Notes under the pieces: generated by a model
Seen by the model: the letters and a program-made list of their open reading frames with translations, nothing else
Told to the model about the DNA's origin: nothing
The model's database searches: none
Shown: piece after piece, positions 1-8,502 of the stretch
Numbering within the stretch: position 1 is the first letter of the stretch
How the letters are laid out: every line of letters starts with the position of its first letter
Program-made: the position numbers and the translations under genes
Virus record (IMG/VR): IMGVR_UViG_2909303794_000004
Length of the DNA stretch: 52,859 nt
Reading direction: 5' to 3' (one strand)
Source: a virus
Lineage: Duplodnaviria; Heunggongvirae; Uroviricota; Caudoviricetes

Positions 1-19
1 CTATTTGATAAATATTAAA

Positions 20-1315
20 TTAATTTTTCATTGCTTCGTTATGGGGCATGGTTGGGGCAAACTCGCTTAACTGTGTATTTAACAAAGCTACCTGTGCATT
101 ATTGTTTTCAGACATCCATTTTCCGTATACCTGAAATACCATTTGCGCATCTGCATGGCCCATCTGGTTTGCTATAAATGCCGGGTTAGCACCAGCTGTC
201 AGCGACCAGCAGGCATAAGTATGTCTCGACTGATATGATTTTCGATGGCGGAGTCCGGCACGTTTTATCGCTGCGTCCCACATCTGCCTTATTGAGTCAA
301 CGGTAAAATGGTCACCATAATTTTTTACTCTCGCTGACACTTCAGGTTGAAAAACAAAGGTGCATTTTTGTTTTTCTGTTCTGCCATACTCTCTGAGGTG
401 AACATCAATGATATGCTCTTTGCTCAGTCTCGTTAATGTCATCTGACTCCGGAGAGCGTCGATTGCTGGCTTAATAAGATGAATGACCCGATTGGTTCCC
501 GCCTGTGTTTTTGGTACCGTGAAACGGTCTTTTGCTAAATTTCTCCTGATCATCATTGTTCCATTTTTCAGATCTATGTCCTCCCATCCAAGTGCACACA
601 GCTCACCAGGGCGAACGCCAGTATAAACAGAAACACACCATAAATTTTTGGCTTGCTGATTTCTGCACGCATCGATAAGACGGATGAATTCCTCCCGCGA
701 AAGAGGATCCGGAATGGTTCTTGATTCCTTTAATGGCGAGATCCCCTTAAACGGGTTATCTGCCAAGTAACCGTTATCAACACCAAACTGGAACACGGCG
801 TTAAGATTTGTCATGTAATTATTTACAGTTACAGCCGATCTCCCTGGTTGTGTAACAATATAGTTACTTTTGGGGATCTGGTATCCAGTCAGTAGCTCTT
901 TACGAACCTCCAGTAATTTTTCTTTATTAATCGATGAGGCAAGATTTTTTTCACCGATTATGCTCAGGATATTTTTGATGACGGCACGGTATGTGTTGAG
1001 TGATGTTTTTGCGACTTCAGTTTCTTTCAGTGCCAGAAATTTTTCAGCCAGTTCTTTTATGGTTAAATCTTGTCGGGCCTCACCAAATTTTTCCAGATTG
1101 CGTGAGGAGGGAAACTGTTTTGCATAGTCGAAAACACCAGTTTTTATTGCGTAACAAACAGAGGCGCGTAGTTCACCTGCAACGCGCCTGTTTTTTGCTG
1201 TGTCAGGAACCCCCAGATTTTCCCTGACTCTTACGCCTTTATAAACAAACCAGATACGTAATTTCCCTCCATGGTTTTCCACGCCTGTCGGATATTTCAT
1301 TTCAACTTCTCTCAT
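20..1315 (-). CDS. int: phage integrase, tyrosine recombinase family
   Basis: 431-aa ORF at the prophage edge; C-terminal region carries the tyrosine-recombinase catalytic pattern (…RHTYACW…GH…YGKW); directly followed by a small excisionase-like gene in the same orientation. Confidence 0.9.
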   Translation of the reverse strand: MREVEMKYPTGVENHGGKLRIWFVYKGVRVRENLGVPDTAKNRRVAGELRASVCYAIKTGVFDYAKQFPSSRNLEKFGEARQDLTIKELAEKFLALKETEVAKTSLNTYRAVIKNILSIIGEKNLASSINKEKLLEVRKELLTGYQIPKSNYIVTQPGRSAVTVNNYMTNLNAVFQFGVDNGYLADNPFKGISPLKESRTIPDPLSREEFIRLIDACRNQQAKNLWCVSVYTGVRPGELCALGWEDIDLKNGTMMIRRNLAKDRFTVPKTQAGTNRVIHLIKPAIDALRSQMTLTRLSKEHIIDVHLREYGRTEKQKCTFVFQPEVSARVKNYGDHFTVDSIRQMWDAAIKRAGLRHRKSYQSRHTYACWSLTAGANPAFIANQMGHADAQMVFQVYGKWMSENNNAQVALLNTQLSEFAPTMPHNEAMKN

Positions 1316-1334
1316 TAGTTAGTGTGGCTTTTAG

Positions 1335-1586
1335 TCAAGTAAGATGACGTCTTGGTCTCGCTGATGCCTGGCGCTCAATCCAGCGATCAATTTCTTCCAG
1401 GTTGTAAAAGCATGGGCTGTTATCCCATGGCATACCGTCATGAGCGACATGCTTATATTCCCTTCCTTCCATAAACGATTTTTCCCGGGCCTTTTTTAAC
1501 GTACCTTTTTTTATTCCTTTCAGCGCAATTAACTGCTCTTCGGATACCCATTTGCCGGGAGAGACAATCATGATTACTTCGCTCAT
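1335..1586 (-). CDS. excisionase-like small DNA-binding protein
   Basis: 83-aa ORF immediately upstream of int on the same strand, the canonical xis position; no motif confirmed. Confidence 0.55.
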   Translation of the reverse strand: MSEVIMIVSPGKWVSEEQLIALKGIKKGTLKKAREKSFMEGREYKHVAHDGMPWDNSPCFYNLEEIDRWIERQASARPRRHLT

Positions 1587-1658
1587 CGATTTCTTTATCT
1601 CTTACATTAGACGAGCGCCGGTTGCAGAATACCAGTCACAACCGGCGACAGTTGAACA

Positions 1659-4130
1659 TTAAGAATCAGCCTGACTCGGGATCAGTTTTTGCCAGATAAC
1701 TGAAACGTATTTTGCCTGGTAACGGGCGTCATCAAGTGCATTATGGCGCTCACCTTCGAATGGAATAGCCGTTCTGGCATCGAAGTCTATGGCTTTCCCC
1801 AGCTCAACGATTGTGCGTACATCGCGATCGTTGTAGTAACGCCACGGGCAGGGGATCCCCTGCCGTTCGTATGAACGGCGCAAAATCGTGTTGTCGAAGT
1901 TGGCTCCATTTCCCCAAACCTGAACAAAAAATTCACCGGAGTTTTCGTCGATAAATTCCCGCAATTGTAACAGTGCATCATCTAACGGGATTTCATCGGT
2001 CATAATGGCAGATTGCGCTTCGCGTGATTGCTTAAGCCACCATTTAATGGTGTCCCGATCAATGACTCCGCCAGCAGTTTCCAGATCGATAGTCTTACTA
2101 AATTCCGGTCCCATATCTCCGGTTTGCGGATCGAAAAATATTGCACCTATTGAGATGATCGGGGCATCAGGATTTTTTCCCATGGTTTCAAGGTCGATCA
2201 TTAGATGGTCACACGTCCTGCTGGTGGATGTGATTTCGTGATGACCGTTCACCTTAATTGAGTGATCTGCCGTCTCGCCAGTTTCATTATCGCTATTGTG
2301 ATGCTGATTGCCGCCAGTGTTCTCCTTGTGTGGATGTTCAGCGCCTTCCATTTCCTCCAGATCATCTTCCTGAACTTCAACCTGATACTCTTCATCGAAT
2401 GTTTCCTGGTATGTTGCGTCGCCCATCACCGCGCCACAATCAGGGCAGTTGCCGCCGCCGGTCTGACCGCAGGCGGTGCAGACTTTTTCCACTTCCAGTT
2501 GCGCCACTGGTTCAGGCTGTTTCGTTTCTGGCTCGTTTTGTAACGCATTTGTGCTGTTTTGTTCCGCTTTTTGGTAGTTCCGTTCCGATTCATGCTGGTT
2601 CTGGTTCACAGAATCGCGGGTCTGGATCCCCTTAACCCATTTCGGATCATTCGGGTCACTAATCCCTTCAACAAATTCACCACGTGATGCAGCAAGCAAC
2701 TTATCGGCGTCAGGCTGGCTGATATTGGCTGCCTGCATAATTTTGTTTACTTCGTCAGCGGTAACTTTTATCGGCTCTGGTTGTTCTGAATCTTCAGCGG
2801 TATCTACATTTTGCGGTAAGCCCGTGTATGTGCCATTTTTTCGGGCAAAATATTCTTCTTTTGTGATTTCAGTGGCGCCAGCAGCCAGTGCCTTATCCAG
2901 ACCAGAAAGTTTGTTTGCGCGACCGTATTTTTCTCCGTCCTTATCTGCGAAGAGGAAATAGAACGGCCCCTCACGCTCTACAGATGGTTCAGCTTCCGGC
3001 GCGGTTTCATTTTTTGGGATATCAGATACCTCAGTTTCCACTGCATCAGTTTGTGTTTCTGATGACTGGAGAACATCAACAGTGCCCAGGTCTGTTTCTT
3101 CATTCTCAAACACGCCCTTTGTCGTCAGGTATTCGCAGATATATTTGTTCAGTGCTATGGGATCTTTGTGAATGTCGATCGGACGCTCACGGACAAGGCC
3201 AAAAATAGTCTGGCGGTCGTAGCGAAGGGCATCAGGCTGTTTGCGCATTGATGCCGAGATACGCTTCCAGTCTTCGCGGTCGTTGTCGATAACTTCTTTT
3301 TTTGCCCAGCGATGGATGCTGCCGTCAATGTTTCCGGCATCCACATCACCAGGCCAGAGAGCGTAGGCCAGTTCGTCATCCAGTGTTTTCCATGTCTGCT
3401 TGTATTCGCGATGAATGGCAGCAATGACCGGGCTGATTTTTCCTGTTGAATTTTCAGTGTACTGTTGATTGGTTCTGGCGCGGGCGAGATCAACAACAGA
3501 CGTGTATTTTCCGGTTTCCTTGCGTTCACCTTCGCGACGTTTTTTCCAGATGCGCATCTCTGCCTGAATTTCGGGCCATTTAGCACCAGGAATACATTTA
3601 TGCTTAACCCACCCAATGGCGTGCAACTTAAGCTCCGGATACATGGCGTTAACTTCTGGCATTTTCATCAACGCTTCAACGATATGTCCGTCGAATGTTG
3701 CCATGTCTTCCTGCAACAATTCCTGTGCGCTAATAACCATATCAACGGTGATGTTTTCACATGTGTCGAACTTAACCATGACAGCGTTCTGTACTTCAGG
3801 GGCCAGCTTGTCAAAAGTGACGTTCATCGGATCGGATTCAGTCTCAACCGGGACAAAAGAAGCAGACTCCTCATCCCAGCGGTTTTCCTGCATATATTCA
3901 GCATCCCATGAATCGAGGGCAGGGCGGGGTATACCGGGTTTATCCTCGCAAACAAGAAATTTATAAGCGCAGTCCTGAGCAGCCGGATAATGTTCCAGGA
4001 ACTGCCAGTGAAATTTTGCTCGAGCACGGCGTTCGTCGCCAGCTTCAATGGCTGTGGCTACAGCCACAGCGCCTTCTTCCCTTGTTGCCAGTTCGTCAGG
4101 AATAGCGGCGCAAATAAAGACTTTACTCAT
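1659..4130 (-). CDS. large exonuclease-family protein: C-terminal DEDDh (DnaQ-like) 3'-5' exonuclease domain, central CxxC…CxxC zinc ribbon
   Basis: 823-aa ORF; C-terminus shows the three exonuclease motifs (DLETMG; NGANFDNTIL; HNALDDARYQ); zinc ribbon CTACGQTGGGNCPDCG mid-protein; sits in the early-left operon where lambdoid recombination exonucleases lie; probably the intact form of the truncated K-12 ydfE. Confidence 0.8.
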   Translation of the reverse strand: MSKVFICAAIPDELATREEGAVAVATAIEAGDERRARAKFHWQFLEHYPAAQDCAYKFLVCEDKPGIPRPALDSWDAEYMQENRWDEESASFVPVETESDPMNVTFDKLAPEVQNAVMVKFDTCENITVDMVISAQELLQEDMATFDGHIVEALMKMPEVNAMYPELKLHAIGWVKHKCIPGAKWPEIQAEMRIWKKRREGERKETGKYTSVVDLARARTNQQYTENSTGKISPVIAAIHREYKQTWKTLDDELAYALWPGDVDAGNIDGSIHRWAKKEVIDNDREDWKRISASMRKQPDALRYDRQTIFGLVRERPIDIHKDPIALNKYICEYLTTKGVFENEETDLGTVDVLQSSETQTDAVETEVSDIPKNETAPEAEPSVEREGPFYFLFADKDGEKYGRANKLSGLDKALAAGATEITKEEYFARKNGTYTGLPQNVDTAEDSEQPEPIKVTADEVNKIMQAANISQPDADKLLAASRGEFVEGISDPNDPKWVKGIQTRDSVNQNQHESERNYQKAEQNSTNALQNEPETKQPEPVAQLEVEKVCTACGQTGGGNCPDCGAVMGDATYQETFDEEYQVEVQEDDLEEMEGAEHPHKENTGGNQHHNSDNETGETADHSIKVNGHHEITSTSRTCDHLMIDLETMGKNPDAPIISIGAIFFDPQTGDMGPEFSKTIDLETAGGVIDRDTIKWWLKQSREAQSAIMTDEIPLDDALLQLREFIDENSGEFFVQVWGNGANFDNTILRRSYERQGIPCPWRYYNDRDVRTIVELGKAIDFDARTAIPFEGERHNALDDARYQAKYVSVIWQKLIPSQADS

Positions 4131-4223
4131 TTTGTTTTAACCTCATGACAGATTTAAGGATGAACAAATCCCTGCCATTGCTGGCATATAAGAATGAAAC
4201 CGGATATTTATTACGGAACTGTT

Positions 4224-4415
4224 TTAAAGACCTGCCGGGATTTCGATATTATCCTGGTGAATAACTTTATCGACCGGGTAACAGTTACCGGGAATTTTCT
4301 GTTCGGTTGCTGCAGTCATACACTCCTGCATTGTCCTGTGCACACTGACTGCAATATCAACTGGCTCTCCGGAAACAAGAAAAACTGTCAGAACAAGCAC
4401 AAATGCTGAATTCAT
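4224..4415 (-). CDS. ydfD: small membrane lysis protein, YdfD-like (63 aa)
   Basis: internal start MNSAFVLVLTVFLVSGE… with N-terminal hydrophobic helix; start overlaps the dicB stop (ATGA); matches remembered K-12 YdfD. Confidence 0.7.
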   Translation of the reverse strand: MNSAFVLVLTVFLVSGEPVDIAVSVHRTMQECMTAATEQKIPGNCYPVDKVIHQDNIEIPAGL

Positions 4416-4600
4416 TGTGCACATCCTTTTGGCATCAGACGTAAACGAGCCAGCATTGAAACAATGCATATTTTATTTAATAGCTCCCGTTCTTGTTTTC
4501 TCTTGTTAATGGCATCTTCAGTAAATACTGGGTTACTGATAGTGACACCAATTTCAAAACAACCTTCAGACGTATTAACGTTTGGTAATAACGTTTTCAT
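4412..4600 (-). CDS. dicB: cell-division inhibitor DicB (62 aa)
   Basis: MKTLLPNVNTSEGCFEIGVTISNPVFTEDAINKRKQERELLNKICIVSMLARLRLMPKGCAQ matches remembered DicB; lies downstream of DicF as in the K-12 dicB operon. Confidence 0.85.
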   Translation of the reverse strand: MKTLLPNVNTSEGCFEIGVTISNPVFTEDAINKRKQERELLNKICIVSMLARLRLMPKGCAQ

Positions 4601-4769
4601 TATCGCGTCCTCAACAATGAATTTTGTGATGCAGTGCCTGGTGCCTCCAGGTGACGTTAACCAGTTAACAATTAACGCCGGATACAGAGAATCCACCCAT
4701 AACACTGTTTTTGGTTTTAACTGTTCCGCGTGCGCTCAGCCGCATTCACCACATCACAAAATTCACTTT

Positions 4770-4827
4770 AAAAAGGGCGGCAGAGCAGTCACGGAGTAAA
4801 ACTGATACCGCCAAACGTCACCAGAAA
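4770..4827 (-). ncRNA. dicF: DicF small regulatory RNA with intrinsic terminator
   Basis: minus-strand sequence UUUCUGGUGACGUUUGGCGGUAUCAGUUUUACUCCGUGACUGCUCUGCCGCCCUUUUU matches remembered DicF, including GC stem and U tail; located between ydfC and dicB. Confidence 0.8.
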
Positions 4828-5167
4828 ATTGATAACAGAGGGCGTTGCAGCGGGGTTGTCACTTAAGCGTATGGTCAACCTGACAACCCGGTGTCCTCAA
4901 CGGGGAAGGAATAACCCCGCCATACTTACCGCCGCGCCATTTCGCGGGTTGCCACAACCGGAAGCGCACGGTCGACGAAAATTTAACGACAGGCTATCTA
5001 TGAACCAGCTACCTCGCCGTGCGCTTTCGCGTTATGGTCTGACCTTTCAGGGAAATATCCTTTCAGTAAACTGTCAGTGCCGGATGCTCACCCGTGTCCG
5101 GCGCACGCACTCCACCTCACCCGTGGAGAACTCCTTAATTACTAACCTTAGCTTTGTTGATTAGCTA

Positions 5168-5386
5168 CTAACGCGGGTATGTAATCATTCTGGCAATGCT
5201 TAATGCCGCTGCTTTTTCCAGATTGGTGATATCCTGCTCCAGAGCGGACAGATTTTCAGCCTGCTTAGCCCTGGTTTCATTGGCCCATTTCAAATCCTGC
5301 GCTGCATTAATTTTCTGGCGCATCCACTCATAAAGTTCATCATCGGTATAGTCTGGCGCGATGATGACGGGTTCTCGTTTCTGCAT
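5168..5386 (-). CDS. ydfC: YdfC-like small protein (72 aa)
   Basis: ORF in the dicB operon position between ydfB and dicF. Confidence 0.65.
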   Translation of the reverse strand: MQKREPVIIAPDYTDDELYEWMRQKINAAQDLKWANETRAKQAENLSALEQDITNLEKAAALSIARMITYPR

Positions 5387-5415
5387 ACTGATTCCTCGCG
5401 GTGCTGTTTCGCTTA

Positions 5416-5544
5416 TCAGCCGTTAGATTTTGCCGAACTGGAAAGCGCCTGTTTAAATTCGTTGAAGCTGAGAGCTTCTTCGCCGTCGGCAAGACCTTCG
5501 AAGTATTCTTCGTAAGCCTTTTCCATGATTGTGTCGAAATCCAT
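5416..5544 (-). CDS. ydfB: YdfB-like small acidic protein (42 aa)
   Basis: manually translated minus-strand ORF MDFDTIMEKAYEEYFEGLADGEEALSFNEFKQALSSSAKSNG; start 1 nt after the ydfA stop; below the 60-aa cutoff of the ORF track. Confidence 0.55.
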   Translation of the reverse strand: MDFDTIMEKAYEEYFEGLADGEEALSFNEFKQALSSSAKSNG

Positions 5545-5545
5545 A

Positions 5546-5701
5546 TCACTCACCTGGGTTTCTTTCCAGCCAGCGACGGGCACCATTTTCGGTTTTAAAC
5601 GTTTTGCTTTTGGTATACGTCATCGCGGTGAACGTACCGTCCTGGTTGGGGAACACGCCACATACCAGAGATTCGCTGTTGCCAAGATCGATAGTATCCA
5701 T
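5546..5701 (-). CDS. ydfA: YdfA-like small protein (51 aa)
   Basis: internal start MDTIDLGNSESLVCGVF… of the 69-aa track ORF; first gene downstream of dicA as in K-12. Confidence 0.6.
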   Translation of the reverse strand: MDTIDLGNSESLVCGVFPNQDGTFTAMTYTKSKTFKTENGARRWLERNPGE

Positions 5702-5815
5702 GCTGACCTCATTTCCCCTTAACGCCGGGGTAGCGGAACTGTTTGCTGAGAACACCGTGCGGTGTCTTGATGGAAAATAATTTAGAATAACCTAACATGA
5801 GAGGCAAGTGTTTTT

Positions 5816-5833
5816 TGTTAGATTGATCTAACA
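5816..5833. promoter_or_regulatory. operator-like palindrome TGTTAGA-N4-TCTAACA in the dicB-operon promoter region
   Basis: inverted repeat read directly (TGTTAGATTGATCTAACA) between the dicA stop and the ydfA start. Confidence 0.5.
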
Positions 5834-5869
5834 AAAAGGGTGGGCGCAACTAATCACTTGAAAAGAATG

Positions 5870-6277
5870 TTATTTTATTGATTTATTTTTACGCGCTTTA
5901 AGCATTTCTTCGAAGAGTTTGTTGAAGTTTTCTACTCTTGCGCGCATTTCAGACAGCAAGGCTTCCTGCTCGGAAGATGGAAGAGCATCGAATAATTCGA
6001 TCAATTCTTTGTGGTTGGGAGTTAGCTCTGTTTCCACATGAAGTTCTTGTGCAGGCACTGGTGCCTTGTCTTCGTCACCAAACATTAGCCATGTAGGTGA
6101 GCACTTCAGAGCATCCGCTAAAGCAAACAATCGTTTTCCGACTGGCTGGGTTTCGTCTCTTTCCCATTGTGAAATTGTGACGTGAGCAACTCCAGCGAGG
6201 CGCGCGGCTTCTCGTTGTGTTAAGCGTAATTCTTTTCGTCGCGCCAGAACTCGCTGGCCCAGGGTTCTTGTATCCAT
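5870..6277 (-). CDS. dicA: HTH XRE-family prophage repressor DicA (135 aa)
   Basis: N-terminal HTH (LTQREAARLAGVAHVTISQWERDE) and C-terminal …EMRARVENFNKLFEEMLKARK closely resemble remembered K-12 DicA; divergent from a Cro-like gene. Confidence 0.9.
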   Translation of the reverse strand: MDTRTLGQRVLARRKELRLTQREAARLAGVAHVTISQWERDETQPVGKRLFALADALKCSPTWLMFGDEDKAPVPAQELHVETELTPNHKELIELFDALPSSEQEALLSEMRARVENFNKLFEEMLKARKNKSIK

Positions 6278-6326
6278 AGTTAGGTAATTCTAATTTTTCT
6301 TGACTTAGGTATCCCGCGCACAATAA

Positions 6327-6344
6327 TGTTAGAAAGGTCTAACA
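6327..6344. promoter_or_regulatory. operator-like palindrome TGTTAGA-N4-TCTAACA in the dicA/dicC divergent promoter region
   Basis: TGTTAGAAAGGTCTAACA between the dicA start (6277) and the dicC-like start (6359); same half-sites as the 5816-5833 site. Confidence 0.55.
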
Positions 6345-6358
6345 AGAGGGGGGCTTTG

Positions 6359-6584
6359 ATGCTTAAAGTTGACGCAATTACTTTTTTTGGCAGCAAAACA
6401 AAGCTTGCCAATGCCGCAGGAGTGAGGCTGGCAAGTGTTGCTGCTTGGGGGATACTTTCCTGAAGGTCGCGCGATGCGTCTACAGGAGGCATCTGGCGGG
6501 GAGCTTCAGTATGATCCCAAAGTTTATGATGAATATCGTAAGACGAAGCGGGCGGGGCGGTTGAACAATGAAAATCACTCCTGA
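6359..6584 (+). pseudogene. dicC: Cro-like regulator DicC homologue, reading frame broken at a G5 run
   Basis: N-terminal HTH part (MLKVDAITFFGSKTKLANAAGVRLASVAAWG) stops at TGA 6461-6463; C-terminal part (…PEGRAMRLQEASGGELQYDPKVYDEYRKTKRAGRLNNENHS) is in the +1 frame to 6584; frames overlap at GGGGG 6447-6451. Confidence 0.5.
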
Positions 6585-7089
6585 ACAGGCTCGTGAGGCT
6601 CTGGATGCCTGGATATGTCGACCAGGAATGACACAGGAGCAGGCGACGATATTAATCACTGAAGCATTCTGGGCTTTGAAAGAGCGCCCGAACATCGATG
6701 TTCAGCGTGTCACAGATGAAGGTGGTGCGGTTGATCAGCGAGCGCTTGGTGTTAATCGAGTGAAGATATTCGAACGCTGGAAGGCTATCGACACCAGGGA
6801 TAAGCGTGAAAAGTTCACGGCGCTAGTGCCTGCGATTATGGAGGCTATCCGGATTAGTGATTTCAGGTTGTATCGTGAAATTACTGACGGAAAAAGCATC
6901 ACGTGCATGATCGCCGGGTTAAACAAAGAATATGGCGATGTGGTGGAGTCCGGACTGCTTTTTGCTGATCCTGCCGTAGTGGATCGTGAAACTGACGAAC
7001 TTATAGAAAAAGCAATTGCTTTCAAGCTTGCGTATCGACAGCAATACCAACAAAAAGCTGGATGGAATTATGAGCCTTCTTTTTGCTGA
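6568..7089 (+). CDS. hypothetical early regulatory protein, possibly YdaT/CII-like
   Basis: 173-aa ORF directly after the Cro-like gene and before the replication gene, the cII position; family assignment is a guess from memory. Confidence 0.45.
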   Translation: MKITPEQAREALDAWICRPGMTQEQATILITEAFWALKERPNIDVQRVTDEGGAVDQRALGVNRVKIFERWKAIDTRDKREKFTALVPAIMEAIRISDFRLYREITDGKSITCMIAGLNKEYGDVVESGLLFADPAVVDRETDELIEKAIAFKLAYRQQYQQKAGWNYEPSFC

Positions 7090-7990
7090 ACGCCCACTGG
7101 TTATAAACACGCAGCTGGCAATGAAAATTGGCTTAAACGAAGCCATTGTTTTGCAACAACTGCACTACTGGTTGAGAGATACCAACTCCGGCATGGAATG
7201 TGATGGTGTTCGCTGGATTTATAACACAACGGAACAATGGCTGGAACAGTTCCCATTCTGGTCAGAGTCAACGTTAAAGCGCGCGTTTGCAAGTCTGAAA
7301 ACGCTGGGGCTTTTGCGTTGTGAAAAGCTCAATAAATCAAAGCGCGATATGACCAATTTCTACACGATCAACTATGGGAGCGAGCTTTTAGATGGTGGCA
7401 AATTGAGCGAATCCATCGGTTCAAAATGCGCCGCTCCATCAGGTCAAAATGACACGATGGAAGAGGTCAAAATGAAACGCTCCATTGGTTCAAAACGACC
7501 CAATGTCATCGGGTCAAAATGGCCTGATGATCTTACAGAGAATACAACAGAGATTACTACAGAGAATAAAAACACTTTTCGTCCGGAAGCTTCGCAACCG
7601 GACCCGCAGACGACTGAACAGGATTCTTTAACCCGGAACTCCGACGCGGTTGTGTTTAGTGCGAAAAAACGCCAGTGGGGTAGCAGGGAGGATTTGGCGT
7701 GTGCGCAGTGGATCTGGGGGCGGATCGTGGGTCTCTACGAACAGGCAGCCAGTGATGATGGCGAGATCATGCGACCAAAAGAGCCTAACTGGACTGCCTG
7801 GGCCAATGACGTGCGCACAATGCGGATGCTGGATGGCAGAAGCCACAGACAAATTTGCGAAATGTTTGGTCGGGTTCAGCGAGATCCATTCTGGGTAAAA
7901 AACATCATGAGCCCGTCAAAGCTCCGCGAAAAAAAAATGGGACGAACTGGTCATCCGCCTGGGACGTTCACCTGTACAGCGTTGTGTTAA
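7070..7990 (+). CDS. phage replication initiation protein (lambda O analogue) with origin iterons inside the gene
   Basis: 306-aa ORF in the O position; N-terminal HTH-like domain; central region encodes a repeated IGSK motif generated by iterons. Confidence 0.75.
   Translation: MSLLFAERPLVINTQLAMKIGLNEAIVLQQLHYWLRDTNSGMECDGVRWIYNTTEQWLEQFPFWSESTLKRAFASLKTLGLLRCEKLNKSKRDMTNFYTINYGSELLDGGKLSESIGSKCAAPSGQNDTMEEVKMKRSIGSKRPNVIGSKWPDDLTENTTEITTENKNTFRPEASQPDPQTTEQDSLTRNSDAVVFSAKKRQWGSREDLACAQWIWGRIVGLYEQAASDDGEIMRPKEPNWTAWANDVRTMRMLDGRSHRQICEMFGRVQRDPFWVKNIMSPSKLREKKMGRTGHPPGTFTCTALC
7411..7523 (+). repeat. candidate replication origin: five direct ~18-bp iterons (consensus TCCATCNGGTCAAAATG) at 23-24 bp spacing, followed by an A-rich tract
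   Basis: repeats at about 7411, 7435, 7458, 7480 and 7505 read directly; A-rich ACAGAGAATA-type segment at 7530-7575; same arrangement as lambda ori inside O. Confidence 0.6.
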
Positions 7991-8079
7991 TCATATTTCT
8001 GAACCGGATACAGAAATTCCGCCTGGTTTCAGAGGATAAGTGTTGATTTCAGGTCATGAGGTAATTTTAAGGGGGACTT

Positions 8080-8502
8080 GTGGCAAAAGTTTTTACACAA
8101 GAAGAGCGGGAAAAAATTAAATGGCAGGTGGTGGAACTCGTGCGCCAGAGCGGCCGTGAGACGTTACGGCAACTGGAAGCTAAAACAGGTGCGACTAGAT
8201 ATCTGATGAGCGTTCTTGCCAGAGAGCTGGTAGCCAGTGGCGATGTATACAACTCCGGCTACGGGTTATTCCCCTCTGAACAGGCGCGTAAGGACTGGCA
8301 AAACGCCCGCAAAAAACTCTCGAGGGCAAAGGTGAAGAAACCTGCTGTGGTTGATCCGGACCTTATCTGGTCATCACCTGACGGAGAAATACGTCGCTAC
8401 GACAGTCGCCTAAACATAATCTGTCGCGAGTGCCGGAAGAGCGAAGTTATGCAGCGCATACTGGCTTTCTATCAGGGTAATTTTCAGGACGTGGCGCAGT
8501 GA
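8080..8502 (+). CDS. hypothetical phage protein (140 aa)
   Basis: GTG start 7 nt after a strong Shine-Dalgarno (AAGGGGGA); occupies the position of lambda P but is too small and unlike a helicase loader. Confidence 0.55.
   Translation: MAKVFTQEEREKIKWQVVELVRQSGRETLRQLEAKTGATRYLMSVLARELVASGDVYNSGYGLFPSEQARKDWQNARKKLSRAKVKKPAVVDPDLIWSSPDGEIRRYDSRLNIICRECRKSEVMQRILAFYQGNFQDVAQ

Noticed and set aside
4829-5164. 111-aa plus-strand ORF between DicF and ydfC
   Set aside because: Opposite strand to the leftward operon; Arg/Pro-rich low-complexity translation; no start signal.
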